Shown: positions 24,412 to 38,785, numbered from the whole stretch's first letter. The stretch is DNA of 63,908 bases, filler included, from Reticulomyxa filosa (GCA_000512085.1; 21 parts of 21 records of this genome joined end to end with filler, not necessarily neighbours in it); one strand, 5' to 3'. The notes: generated by a model not told the origin, from the sequence alone. Numbers and translations are program-made.

Positions 24412-26578
24412 ACCACTCGTTCAATTAAAAGACAGTTTTGTTATTCAAGTCAAACCGTGTAATATTCAAGCTGTGCTTTTTCTTGTTCTTTCCAGGAGAC
24501 CAGAATGTAAAAAAAAATTCTTTCTGCCGTGAATTCGTGTAACTAGACAAAAACTAATTCTTGTCTTGTGTATTGTTTTCATCCAAAGAAAGCCAAGTGT
24601 AAATGTTGTAGTGATGGTTAAAAATAAGAATTCTCAACATTGATAAGCAAGCCAGCAAATTGCTTTTTTTTTTTAAAAAAAAATTGTTGACTTTTTCGCT
24701 GGAAACGAGTGTTGGATTATTTGAAGTCTCACTCTTTACTTATTTCGAAAATTTATTATATTCACGTAATCTTGATAAAACTAATCGAGAGAACTTTTTG
24801 ATTCAGTAGTAATTTTTTATGAGTTCTACTCATGTGCATTAGTTTGATTAAACTTATATTAAAAAAGCAAAACAAAATAATATCAATATTTGATAAAAGT
24901 ATCAATTTAAAAAAAAATTCTCTTCTGCATAAATCAAAGAGAAATTCTCAATTTAATATATATTGCAACTTTGTCGCCTTTAACCGCTTCGCGAATTCGC
25001 AACTCTAAAAAACACACATCATTTTTTTTAATAACAAGAAAATACAATCACCATTTTAAAATATCTTGATGTAGGTCATTTAATAAAAAAAGAATGTACA
25101 AAAAAACATTTTCTCTCTGGTAATGGCCTTTATTTTTGGAACGTTTCTTACTGAACGCTAGTCAAGTTTAACGCCCAGCTTTAAGCCGTTCCGAACATGA
25201 TGTTTGCTTCTACACAAAAAAGAAATGTGCTAACTTTTAGTATTATCAAAGACGAACAAACTTCTGTTTATGAAAGCAAGTAAAACGAAAACTTTTTTTT
25301 GCCATGGGGTCCTCACAAAAAAAAGTCGACACTAAAAAAAAAGGAAAGGCCTCGTTATTATTTAACGCGAATTGCTTAATAAAAAAAAGATGAATAAAAA
25401 ATTTTGACTATTTTATTGTTGAAAGAGTATAAGAAACTTATTGTACAAGATTTTTTACAGTTTGTATGAAAGAGTATTTGCGAAATGGTTTTTTCATAAA
25501 GATCAAATAACTTTTGATAAAAAAATATTGTAATCTTTTAGTTTTAAGTGAACCGGATTTGTGATGTCAAAACATTAAAGTCATTCGTTTCATCCGCAGC
25601 CAGATTGATCATTGTATTTTCAGTTATGTGCTCGAAAGCTATCTCTTTGCGATCTTTGCAGGCAAAAGTTACAAACTGAAGATGTATCACTACGCCTGGA
25701 GATTTATTTTGTAAAAATTTCTTCGCCATTTTTATTTCAACACAAACACTGTCATTGCATGACACAATCCCTTGTAGAGTGGTAATAACAAACTCCTCTG
25801 CAATATTCGGCTTATCACCATCAGAGCACTTTTTTTGTTAGTTTGATTGTGATTTCAAACCTCCCACTAATCAAATAAAACAAGATTATTAAAAAAATAT
25901 TTATTTATTTTTTAGCTGGCAAATACAAATGAATTGGTACCAACGAAACGTGTGATGATTTGTTAAAATTAAATGTTTAGTGTAATATGAAAGCTTTGTC
26001 AGTTGTTGCGTATCGATAATGTAGTGTTCTGGAGACAAAGACAGATTGGTTGTGATTGGTTTGCTATATTCCTTCTCTTTTTCTGCCTCTATAGATCATA
26101 TCACATATCCTTTGAATTTGCATATATGTATTTTTGATCCCAGTCAAATTGACGTTGATCAACAGAAATCACTTAACTTGTCAGCCTCTTAATTTGCTTT
26201 CGAGTTGTTTTATCTATTTTAAAAAAAAACGTAAATAAGTGAGAAGATGACAAAAACCAAAAAGAAAACTAAAAAAATCTACAGTTGTCCAAGACATCTA
26301 CAGTAACAGAAGAGATCTACTTTCAAGTGTATTTGGATATGTTTTCGTTTGTTTGGGCAATCTCGTAACACTTTGTTTCAAAATTGTTTTTTTCTTTTTT
26401 TNNNNNNNNNNNNNNNNNNNNNNNNNNNNNNNNNNNNNNNNNNNNTTAATTAATTAANNNNNNNNNNNNNNNNNNNNNNNNNNNNNNNNNNNNNNNNNNN
26501 NTTTTTTTTTTTTTTTTTGTTATTGATGACGTGTTTTTTGTTTTGTTTTTTTTCTAAAAAATAAAAAAAAAAAAAAAG

Positions 26579-26764
26579 ACGAAAATTGATGAAATCGTTT
26601 CCAAGTACAAAAGTGGACGCGCCTTTGTGAGGCCTTCGGGCACTGAAGACGTTGTCAGGATCTATGCGGAAGGGGCCACGATTAAAGATGCTGAGGAAAT
26701 CAATGCTCTTGTCACCAAGGCCGTTTTTGAGTTTGCTGGGGATATTGGGAAAAAGGACTTTAAA
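26579..26764 (+). CDS. PGM3: Phosphoacetylglucosamine mutase, last exon; stop position uncertain in the A-run
   Basis: GRAFVRPSGTEDVVRIYAE...VFEFAG. Confidence 0.9.
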
Positions 26765-27408
26765 AAAAAAAAAGGCCTTGCAAATTGTATATTTTTGGAT
26801 AGATTATTGTTCGTCTCATCTTGTCTTTTTTTTTAAATAGAAATTACCAACTCCTTCCATTTTTTATTTCTTCCATGATCTTCTTTAACTGCACATCAAA
26901 AAACAAACAAAATTTCTACGTGTGTTGGCGCTCGTATAAACCAGTATCACGTAGCTGTAAACGATAACAACAAAATGCTCGTTTTTTTTTTGCTTTTACG
27001 CGTGCATGACATATAGCTCAACATCATTCAATTTTTTTGGTTTTATTTTATGGTTTTTCAATAAAAAAAGTAACATTACTCAAAGTGTGTTTCTACAGCT
27101 TACTGTCAAATTTTATATCTTCATTAGTGAAAGTAAGCAAATTTTTTGGAAAGGGTTTTTCTTTTATTGCTCAAAAAAATTCATCGAAATAATACAGTCT
27201 CAGATTAAAGAAACCAACTCTGCTAACTTTCTTGAATAAAAGAGTTTGTTTTGAAGGGAGAAATGAGCGTGGCTAATGAAAAAGAGGAAGAAATAACAAG
27301 ACAGTTGGTAAAAAAAAAAAAAGACACACGTGTGTATAATGTATAAAAAACATAACATAAATGAATTATATATTATATAAATAGACAACGATAGAAATAA
27401 AAAAAATA

Positions 27409-28407
27409 ATGGAAAATTGGCTTCGATTGTTTTCAATAAATTTTGGATGGATTAAAGATTTTAATAAAATAATTTTGCAATACATAAAAGAATATAAATT
27501 ATTAAAAATAATAGAAGGATATGATTATATAGTAAATAATGCAAAATTTTCACCAAGTGGAAAAGAAATAATTGTATCATGCAATGATGGAGTAATTCGC
27601 ATAATTGAAATAAAAACAAAAAAGGTAATAAAGCAATTTATGTTATCATCAATAAATGAAAATAAAAACGCAATAAATGATGCAGAATTTTCTTTGGATG
27701 GTAATATGATAGTGTCTTGCACAGATGATAACATACAATTATGGGATGTTATAACAGAAAAGCAAATAAAACAATTTGAAGAAAATTTTATACTTATAAT
27801 GAGTGTTAAATTTTCTTATGACAATAAAATGATTGTGTCTTCTTCTGCAGATAATATTATCAGATTATGGGATATTAATACAGGTCAACAAATTAAATCT
27901 TTTCAAGGACATTCTGATATCATTACTTATATTGATTTTTCTTTTCATAATCAATTTATTTTATCTTCTTCTTATGATAAAACTATTCGTTTATGGAATG
28001 TTACTACTGGATCACAATTATTTTTATTAAAAGGTCATCAAGATGTTATTGTCAAATCTTTATTTTCTTATGATTGTCATTTTATTGTTTCTTGTTCTTT
28101 TGATAAAACAATTCGATTATGGGATTTTTTATCATTGTCATCGTCATTATCTTCATCTTCATCTATACCTATTCATGTCTTAAAAGGACATTCTGATATT
28201 ATCACTGATATTCAATTTTCACCTGATCATCAAACCATCATTTCTTGTTCTATGGATAAAACTATTCGAATATGGGATATTCAGACTGGTTTTCCACTAC
28301 ACACTTGGATTGCGCATTCTCAAGGTATTTTAGGGCTTGACATTTCTTTTGATGCCAGTAATATTTTAACTTTCTCTGAGGATCAGACTATTCGATTATG
28401 GGGATAA
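27409..28407 (+). CDS. Intronless WD40 protein with the motif fused N-terminally (GWIKDF)
   Basis: MENWLRLFSINFGWIKDFNKIILQY followed by about 7 WD40 repeats. Confidence 0.9.
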   Translation: MENWLRLFSINFGWIKDFNKIILQYIKEYKLLKIIEGYDYIVNNAKFSPSGKEIIVSCNDGVIRIIEIKTKKVIKQFMLSSINENKNAINDAEFSLDGNMIVSCTDDNIQLWDVITEKQIKQFEENFILIMSVKFSYDNKMIVSSSADNIIRLWDINTGQQIKSFQGHSDIITYIDFSFHNQFILSSSYDKTIRLWNVTTGSQLFLLKGHQDVIVKSLFSYDCHFIVSCSFDKTIRLWDFLSLSSSLSSSSSIPIHVLKGHSDIITDIQFSPDHQTIISCSMDKTIRIWDIQTGFPLHTWIAHSQGILGLDISFDASNILTFSEDQTIRLWG

Positions 28408-30181
28408 ATTCCATTTACATATACATATATTTTTTTTTTAAGGAAAATGATAAAGATCATTTTATCTTTTTCATTTTCCTTTGCGTGTTCGTCTTTTAAT
28501 CAATGATCTCTTCAACTGTATAAACATTGATAAATAATTGAAGAGGACAGTTTGTATCTGCTTTTTGTTGGTAAAATACACTATTTTTATTGAAGTGGGA
28601 GTTTTTTATTGTTTCCTCCTTTAAAAAATTGAAGATTTGCCAATTCAAATTTTTCAACAATAAAAACCAAACATTAAAATTGATATTTCCTTCTTTTCAG
28701 TCAGTGAAAAAGTCAAAAAGGTCTTGTAGTTGTTATTTTTGAATTCACTGTCGAATTTCATCACTTTTTCTTTTATAGTTAACCCCAGGCTCTTCGACAG
28801 TTGGGATGTTTGTGTTCATTAAAATCCAGCCACTTTTTAATTTTCAATCGATCCAGATGAGATTGCCATTACTTCAATAGATTATCATTCTGTTACAGAC
28901 TGGTATTCGACCAATTATTTTATTTGATCCATTACGCGCTTTTTAAACTTTTTCTTTGATCATATCCTGAGTCTTTTTAAACTATTTTTTAAAGTGAATT
29001 TGCCTTTTTTCCGCATTGTGTTTCTTTCAATTGTTTCCACTTTTCATGGAATATTGTTATTACTGGTATTATTAAATATTCGTATAAACACTTGTGAGAT
29101 TAAATTGTTATATCAAATTTGCAGTCAACGTCTACGCTCTCTAAGGCTTCAAGTACATGAGCGCAGAACTATAATGCAGATTAATTTTAGGCAAAGTAGA
29201 ACTGAATAAATACATATATATAACAAAAAAATCAGTAGAACATTATTTGATGAAATGCGAACTATGCAATAATATAAGAAAAGATTGTTATTCAAAATAA
29301 AAATCTTATTCTAGATATAAAGGAAAATGAATTTAATTTAAAAAACTCAGTGATTGGATCAAAAACATTTGATCACAAGACAAAAGTCAAAGCAGTACAA
29401 GAACTTGTGAATTTGTAGTAGAAACAAAAAGAAAAAGCTGAATAATAAATCAAAGATACACAGTACAATTTTTCATCACAAAAACATTTGCAAATCAAAA
29501 AGATATGATGCGAAAGACTGTTAGTTTGTTTCCTTTGAATAATATATCCTTCTGGATTGTGTATTTTAACTTGCTATTTAAAAAAGTGGGCATGCTTAGA
29601 GAAGTGTTAAGACAATGTTTGGACTATATTTAAAGCAACGCTTGCAATTGAAATTTGCATCTTAAAAAATACAATAATGAAATTCAAGGAAATGCAATAT
29701 AGTGAGACGAAACTTTTTTAAAAAATTAGAAAATCGAGTTGGGTGTGCGTTTATACAAGTTTTTCATTTTAAAGAATTTTTGACAGCGAATAGAAAAACT
29801 GTTGCAGAGTAAACACCAACTTTTTTGCTAATAATTTTAAGTTGTCATAAATTATTCTTTTTTTATTTTGCATTTTTGGGTTGTGTTGTGATTAGACTGT
29901 ATTGTCTAAAGTAAACAATCCAAATAATTCCATACTATTGTTTAGCAACCAATGATAGCCAGCGCTCTAACACTACATTGAAAAATTGAACAAATTGCAA
30001 TAATAGAAATCAAAGTTTAGTTTATCAATTGTATGTAGACAAATAAAAATAATCAAATTTAAAAAAGTTTTTTGGTATGTTTATTGAATCATTTGTTAGT
30101 TGTTTTGATTGTTAACTTCTTATTATATATTTTTTAGATATTTTTATTGTGGCTCTTCATGGAAAAATCAATTATTTTTAT

Positions 30182-31458
30182 TCATTTCATTCTGCTGTAT
30201 TTGAAAATAATTTGATTAAAATCGTCGATCCACCCTAATTTTATCTTTAAAATTCGATTCCAATATCGAGTAATAAGTTTTATTTCATTTTCTGACTGTT
30301 GATTATTTATTATTTGTAATCAGTTTCATACAATAAAATTTATTGTATTTGATCACAAACAACAAATCATTACCAACTGTAGATCCCATATACGCACTTT
30401 TGTCTTCATGTGAGTTGATAATGTGCTTTTTTTATCATTATTCCCTCCAATGACATGTATATTAATATTGTCTTCACTCAGTATTGCAACGCAATGATGC
30501 AATGGATTAGGTAAAGCGTTTTCAAATATCGTCCATTTATTTTCTCGAATTGAATATTTGTAAGCTGATTTTGAATCTGATGTACTAATATCACATCCAC
30601 CAAAGAATAAAATGACATCATTGATACAAACATATGCATACTCATTGATTAACGCAATATTATCACAAACAGGTAGTACATAATATAGAAACTTGTTATT
30701 ATCTTCATTGTATTCAATTGATAATCCTGTTTTTTTACAAAACAATAGCATTTTAGAAATTTTTTTTTCTTCATCATTTGTTTTCATTATTTTTTGTCCA
30801 TTTTCTAAATTTGATACAAAGCAATGATTAAATATTACATCTTTAGTTGGGAAAGTATGGTGATTAATAAATTGAAATGTATTTAAATCAAATACACTAA
30901 TGTTATCAACAAGATAAGTGATAAATAACAGATTATTGTTTCTTCCACCAATCACCGCACGCGCTCCCAAATAATTATCCTGATCTCTTCCAATAATAAT
31001 TGAAGTATTGTGATTGTTTGTCAAAGAATTCCACTCATTGCAATTATTTGATTTCTTTGAATTTATGGATTTATTCATTTCATTTTCATTACTCCAAACA
31101 CTTACATATTTCATTACCAATGTATATCTTCTTACATATGAAGATCCACCAAAAGACAATAAAGTGATTTGATTGTCGTCTTTGTTGTTGTTATCTACCA
31201 GTTCACTACACAGTGTCCGTTTAATTCAACGCCACTTGGATACTCACAGATAAACTTGTATTCGTTTTTGATTGTATGATAAGAATAACAAGCTCTTTTA
31301 TCTTCGCCTCCACAAATGAGGATTTCGTGTTTGTGTAGCACACATTGAGATTTAGTAAGTGGAATGGGTAAATCTTCCAAAGCTTGAAAGGCAATTGAGG
31401 TAATAATATGTTCGGTTGGTTTTTCACTAGGCTGTGATATTCTATTTTGAATCCACAT
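30182..31458 (-). CDS. Kelch-like beta-propeller with a C-terminal GWIDDF exon (31458-30374; 30295-30182); -1 frameshift near 31203
   Basis: EILICGG, LLSFGG, AVIGG, ILFFGG, IHVIGG blades; last exon SENEIKLITRYWNRILKIKLGWIDDFNQIIFKYSRMK*. Confidence 0.85.
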
Positions 31459-31669
31459 ATTGCTGAAGTAAAAAAGGGGGGATACGATATGGTCTTTTGA
31501 AAAAAAACAGCAATTCAAAAGTTGGTTGATTCTTTTTTTGTTCTTTTGTAAGGAAAACAGAAATATGAAATTTAATTGTTGCAAGAGCTAGTCGATAAAC
31601 TTAGTGCAGATTTGAGGTTTGTTCTAAATGCTTACAGCTTACAAATAACTCAATGAAACAACTGACAAC

Positions 31670-33240
31670 AATTTTGTCAAGGTCATTGTTCATCCTAATT
31701 TAATTTTTAATATTCAAATCCAATATTGAATAATTATTTGGATTTCTTTTTCTAATTTGTTCAAGATCAATGAAGGGGTTGTCAAAAAAATATTTGCAGT
31801 TTCTTTTTAGAATAGGATAATTTATTTGAAATTGAGTAATATATGTATTACAAACAATAAAAATTGCCTTTTTTATGAAAAGGTTAAAACGAAAGAGAAT
31901 TTTTAAACATTTAATTGATTGCATCTAAAGAATAGACATGTACAATTATTCAAAAAGTGGTTAGCAATAAACTAAATCTAAATTTTCAAGAGACTTTAGC
32001 AATAATTGTATGTGACAGAAATAAGTTCAATTTTATTAATAAAAGATAAGCTTCGACACAACAACGGATTAATGATTTTGACAAATTTGTTGACTGAAAT
32101 ATTTTATCTTAAATTCTATAATAAGTCTTGGTTCTGATACAAATAAAAAAAAGTTTTATTTGTTTTTGTGAATCTTAATCATCCCCAAATTCAAAGTTTA
32201 CAATCTGTAAAACATGATGTAATTATATTACCATTTGGCGAATAATAATTCATATTGATTTCATATTCATTAAACAATCCACCACATTACAACTCCAATC
32301 ATCAATTAACTCTGGACATTTCTCTTCAAACTATTCATTTGTGAAATAGTCTCACATACTTGTTCAAATGCATTAATACTTCCTCCATTTCATCTCAATC
32401 GAACACATATTCAAACCATAAACATATTTGAAGAGCATGAAATCGAGTTAGATTGCATTCTTTCTCAAATCTTTTTTTAAAATTTTCAAATTCAATTGAT
32501 TTAACATTTTAGCTCCCCAATACAATAAACACTTATCCATTAATATGTTTTTTAATCTTTTTGATTTTGTCCCAACAAGGAATGTTGAATCTTCAAGTAA
32601 TAATGTCTCATAACTTGTATTATCAATTTATTTATTTTTCGTTCCTTGATTGCAATGGCTTGCATTTAAATAGCATGAAGTGGTCAATAACACATAAATG
32701 GATATCTGGACGAACAACAAATACATAGTATCAATTTGTCATCATCTTTGACTATTGCTCTTTTATGTTATTGTTACTGGCATTGTCGTTCTTATCAAAA
32801 TGTGAGAAATTTTTTCCTTCATTATTTTTCATTTTGTTTGTGATGTATACTTCTCATTATTGATACTGTCCTTGGTTCAAAGGATCAATTGAATGTAACA
32901 AGTGTGAATAGATTATTCAGAATCATCAAGTAAAGACACGAGTTTTTCTTAGATTTGTGGCAATCTTTCAACTTACTTCAAATGTTGTACTATCACTTCT
33001 TACAACTCTCTTTTGACTAATACAACGGAATGGGCAAGATGTGCTCAAGTGTAATCCATCTTTCATAAACTTTTATCTTTTTCTTCATTTAATGATTGGT
33101 GATACAAAAGTTGTGAATTGGTGACGTATCATATTAATAAACGCACTAATATTATCAATAAGATAAGTAATCAATAACAAATGATTGTTTCCTCCACCAA
33201 TCACTGTACAACTCCCGAATAATTATCTTGATCTTTTCCA
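31670..33240 (-). pseudogene. Decayed Kelch-like and motif remnants mixed with unrelated degenerate coding DNA
   Basis: IIQYWI*ILKIKLG* at about 31690-31735; GKDQDNY...VIGG-like segment at 33150-33240 similar to 30900-30990. Confidence 0.6.
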
Positions 33241-33967
33241 AAAAAATTAATCTCAAAAAACTAGTAGCCAATTCAAAAAAAAGAACAGAATCTAGTGCCT
33301 CCAATTTCGCTCGATCATGTTATAATAAAGACTGAACACTTCAAATGAAAAAAACCACATTTGCATTTGACTGTCCTTTTTGATAAGAAATTTTTTTTCT
33401 ACATATATATGCTTTAATTAACTCAAATTAATTTATTTTTTCCCCCAAATCATATTTATATTTTTGAAGAACTCTGATCTCATAATTGATTGCTTTCGCT
33501 TTTTATCAAGTAATCGTAATATCTATCAAAAGATATCGAATACAAGATTTTATTATCCAGCGTAAATACAAATAATAATAAAAAACCTACCTCAAACTTT
33601 TTCATTTAGTTTTCTTTGTCATATTTATGTATTTCACCTAAAAAAAATGCATGTAGATTTTTTTTTAACGACAGGAAAATCGGTAAATCTCTAAACAAGA
33701 CCTTTTTTCACGTACTTTGGATACCTGTTGTGTGAATACAAACAAATCAAAAATAGTTTACACATTTTGACAGACAAAAAACAAAGAGAACATTTCTTTA
33801 CCGAATCGCATTTTGGAAGTTTCTGATATGAAAGTTTTTCAACAAAAAGTAAAAAGCGGACTGAGTTTTTGTTTTAAACTAACGTTCTTATATCTTCTTT
33901 TTTATTTTGACTAAAATATTATTTCCTTAAAGAATTTAATAATTTTTCTTGTACCCATTATCAATGG

Positions 33968-34050
33968 GACTATACAATAAAAAGTATTCGCTCATGGAAT
34001 GTTCGATCTAATCAACCAATTCAAATGTTCAATGAACACATCTCCTATTT
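33968..34050 (+). pseudogene. Single WD40 repeat remnant
   Basis: DYTIKSIRSWNVRSNQPIQMFNEH. Confidence 0.45.
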
Positions 34051-34419
34051 CCATGAAAGAATATTCAATATTAATAACTCTCCTTAATACATATTTCATT
34101 TTCCAATAATTTCATTCTGATAATTTAGAAATAATATTATGAATATCTACGTGTGATTTATAATGATTTGCTAATTTTTGTATTCGTTTGTATTAACCCT
34201 CACTGACAGATAATATCATTGTCTTTTAATATTTCATTACAAAACTCCCATGCTTTTAAAACAACTTTATCAATAAAAAGAGTGTTATTTTGTTTAATTT
34301 AAATGATTGGCAAAAATCAAAATCTGATCAAATACTAAATGAAGAGAATAAATTGAATAAAGAGTAGCAAGAGAATAAAAAGTTTTTAAATGAATTCTTA
34401 TTCCATATGTTGTCAAATA

Positions 34420-36696
34420 TCACAATCTCTTTTGAATTGTTTGTAACACTTTCCATAATCGAATTGTATTATCATCAGATAATGATACAATAGTATTTCC
34501 ATTTGGTGAAATATCAAACATTTTTATTTTATTTGAATGCCCTCTTAATGTTTGTATTTGCGATTCTAAATTTATGTCCCACAAATGCATAGTCTTGCAT
34601 TTACCACATGTTAATATCATTTTTTCACATGAAAAAAATTTTAATTTTGTTGGTTCAAAATCTATGTCCATTTTTCTCGAACTATTCGGCATTAATTTTA
34701 ATAGTCCAAAACCAGAAGAAAAAGTTAAAACAGATAAACAACTAGGAGAAAGTTGTGCAATACTCGGTCTATAACTAATACTCATTGTGCCTGTTGTTTT
34801 CCTGGATATGATATTAAAAGTCGTAGCTTTCTTGTCAGTTACTACAACTATGTATTCATCATTTGAACAAATTTTTACATCCAAAATATTAGAGCAATAA
34901 CATAAGTCAATCAGTTTTTCAGATTGTATATCCCAAATTTTCACTGTTATAGCATTAGATGCCACTACCATCTTGCTATCTGATGAAAGCTGTACATTTG
35001 TTATATTATGTGAGCATTTTAATTTCTGTATTTCAGTACATAAATTTGCATCCCACAATCGAATTGTTTTGTCTTTGAACATGACACAATTATATTTCCA
35101 TCATGTGAGAATTGTGCATCATTTACACAAGCTAAATGTCCTTTTATTTCTTTAATGTCATATGTCTCTGATTCAATATTCCATATTTGAATAGTATTAT
35201 CATTTAAAGATAATACAATTTTTGTACTATCGGGTGAAAATCTCATATTGTTTATCTGATCAGAATGCACTTCAAATACTCTCCACGATTTAAAATATTT
35301 ACGCTATATGTTATGCATAAAAATAATGTAAAAAACAAACATAACAATACATATACATATACATGTACACATAGATACCAAAAAATATTGGAAAATGATT
35401 ATGTTAAAATAATCAATCCATCCAATCTTATTGATTAATAATGAATTAATCCAATGTTTAATTATAATTTCAATTTCTTTTTTTTTCTTTTATGTTTTAT
35501 ATATCATTTAAAATATTTATTTGCAACAAAATAAATCTATGTATGTTAACTTTAAATTTTAGAATATCAATATTATCTTCCATATCTTCTAATTCAACAC
35601 ACATTTCTTCAATTTGTGCTCTTTCTTCATTTTCCATAATCCAATTTTTTTCATTTTTAAACAATTTATTTGTTTCTATTTTTATATCCACTCGCACATC
35701 TATATCCTTACGATGATAAACTCTTTCATCCCAAATTTCATTATATACTCCAACAATGTATATAAATTTTTTGTTTTCACTTAATATACCATTATTACAT
35801 TCTAATGGGACAGGTAAATTAGATTTAAATTTTGCCCACCTATTGTGAATTAATGAATATCTGTAAATTGTATCTGACTGTGACCATAACTTATTGCCAC
35901 CAAAAAATAAAATGTAGTCGTTAACATACATGCATGAATAGCCAGTTAATTTTTTAATTCCTTTGCACACATGCAACTTTTTATATTGAAATGTATTATC
36001 ATTTTCATTGTATTCAATAGACAATCCCACATTATAGCAAAATAATAACATTGTGCTTCTTTTTTTATTTTCTGGTTTCATTATAAAGCATGGAAAGTAA
36101 GAAATACCTTGTAAATAATCTTGTTTAATACATTGAAATGTATTTAAATCAAACACACTAATTTTAGTTATGAAAGTGATAAATAATAAATGATTATTAC
36201 TTCCCCCAATCACTGCACGAATTCCAAATTTGTTTTCATTGTTTCCAATAGTAATTTTATTATTATTACTATCCATTAAATAATTCCATATATTGTAATC
36301 TGTTGATAATTGCTTCTCTTCACATTCGCTTTCACTTTCATTTTCATTTTCCCAAACACTCACATATTTCATTATCAGTGCATTTGGACTGTATTCACTA
36401 AAAGCCAGCAAAGTTATTTCATTTTTGTCTTTATTGTTGTTATCATTAATTAGTTTCACTACGCAACTTATTCTGGGTGAACCACATATTTGCTGATACT
36501 GTTCTTTGATTGTATGATAAGAATACCAAATTTCAACATCACACATGAGTATTTCATCTTTGTATGCTACGAAATACGTAAGTACATGTGAAATAGGCAA
36601 AGGAGCAAAATTTTCAAATGGATACATAAATGGAATTTTCAAAGTGCTTTCTTCTTCGTTCTCTTCTTCTTCTTCGTTCTCTTCTTCTTCTTCGTT
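34420..36696 (-). CDS. Kelch-like + motif + WD40 double-propeller protein; exons ..36696-35551, 35486-35379, 35303-34420; 5' truncated; -1 frameshift near 35077
   Basis: Kelch ORF 35497-36642; middle exon KKKEIEIIIKHWINSLLINKIGWIDYFNIIIFQYFL; divergent WD40 repeats. Confidence 0.85.
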
Positions 36697-36916
36697 NNNN
36701 NNNNNNNNNNNNNNNNNNNNNNNNNNNNNNNNNNNNNNNNTTAATTAATTAANNNNNNNNNNNNNNNNNNNNNNNNNNNNNNNNNNNNNNNNNNNNAAAA
36801 AAATTTTACCCTTGTTCGATAATATACATAGTAATGCATGCGCACAAACAAAGAAATAGTTATTAAGTTTAATTCAATAAGTGAATACGTATATACAATT
36901 TTTTTTTTGCTAACGT

Positions 36917-38785
36917 ACAAAATAAACGGCCACCCATGGCAAGGTATCTTCGATTATGGAAATGACCTCTTCTTGATTTGTGTATAAGCGTGCCAGTTTG
37001 TCCGGTACGAAATACAATATCAATGAACAAAAGGATGCCAATACTTGACAGAGTTTGTTTTATTTTTGTTACGATGCTGCAAGGAACTTACAAAAAGAAA
37101 TAGAGAAGAGAATAAGTCGAAACTCATGCTCAAAAGAATTGCGGAATCCCATGCCATTCTTGCGGCCTGTCCAAACCTGGAACCCAATTTGTTGGAGACC
37201 AAAACAGCGCATGCGAATGAGATTCCGAGTGGAATTCGCAGGAACAATCCCAAGGCATTGAGCGTGACAGTAAACGCACTGACGTAGTTGGTACCAAACT
37301 TAGCTGCGACCAAGGCAAGCACTTCAAACGCCCACCATTCCGCACATAACATTAATGTTCCTGGAATTGACAGCTTTAAAAATCCTGACCATTCATGAAG
37401 GGCATGCTTTGACCATCCCGTCCAAGTTTCTTTGTGCAGCCCCTACATTATATATGTACATATATACATATATACATATATATTTATATATAATTATGTA
37501 TACACACGCATGCAACATAGAATGGTCCAAATACACATTGTATACACAACAAACGTTAGACTCACTTTGCAAAGAGTGAAGGAAAACAATGCCAAAAACA
37601 TCACCCAATAGGAAATGGGCAAGGCAATACAAGCGCCAACATATTCAAAGTTCAATGTGGACACCAGCACTTCCAAAGCGATTACTTGTGCGCACAAGCC
37701 AAGAAATACGGCTATTGGAATGAATACCACTTTGCGTTGTGCTTGCAAGTAACGTCTCAAATTTCCAAACATAGCGATTGGCCACAATGCAAATATAAAT
37801 ATTCTTTATATATGTGTATATGAACATATATGTACACATCAATTTTTTTTTAGGTGCAAAAAAAAAAAAAAAATAAAAAAAAAATATGACATTAATCATC
37901 AAAACGCATACATACTTGACATATTCCCCAGCAAATCGAGCATTGTCATGTTGTTGTCCCAAGGCAAGCAATATGTCTCTTCCAAACCAAAATATTATCT
38001 TTCCTCCCCCCCCCCCCCAAAAAAAATAATAATATGCATATGCATATTAATATAGGTATATATGTATATGTTTGCCAAGGCCACAAAACTCCAATGCATA
38101 GTATGACAACGTGTCCCACTAGGACAGATCTTTGCACAAATATTCCAATCATTGGCTTCAGGCCTGCTCCCCAAGCTTGACCGCATTGGGTATCCAACCC
38201 ACTGCTCATACCAACTACTAATGAGTTTCCCATTACATTCACTAACATGTTACCCTTTTGTTTTTGTTGTCCGGTTTTTTCTTTCTTTCTTTCTTCATTT
38301 TTTTAAAAAAGAAATACAAGAAATGCTTCCTTACCAGTGCTGCTCCAGCAAATTGATGATCAGTTGAGTGATGGCCCTTATTTGTCGTTCCATTCATTCA
38401 TTTGTAATTGTTTGTTTTTTTGTTTTATTTTATTTTGTTTATTGTCATTGCAAAGACTTTTTTTCAACAAAATCCCACGCAAAATGCTGTCGCAATCAAT
38501 TTTATATGTTTATATGTTTATATGCTTCCTTTTCGTTTTGCGTCGTTTAACCCCCTAACTTACAATCCAAATTAAATTCAATGCTAATAAAAAACTAATA
38601 AATAATGCAGTCATTGTTATCGGAAATGCTAGCTTTGCAACATCTTTAAACGCTTGCTTAAATCCCACCTGGACGTAGTCAATCGTTCCATCTACTACAT
38701 AATCTCCAGAAGATGAGTGGATTGAATGCTCTGTTGACACACCACTGGAGTAAGAGCACGAATAACTTCTTTCAAACTCTGCCAT
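36917..38785 (-). CDS. MATE-family efflux transporter, multi-exon, 3' truncated
   Basis: KLAFP, GMSSGLDTQCGQAWGA, IGIFVQRS, LRRYLQAQ, MLCAEWWAFEVL, IPLGISFACAVLVSNKLG. Confidence 0.93.
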
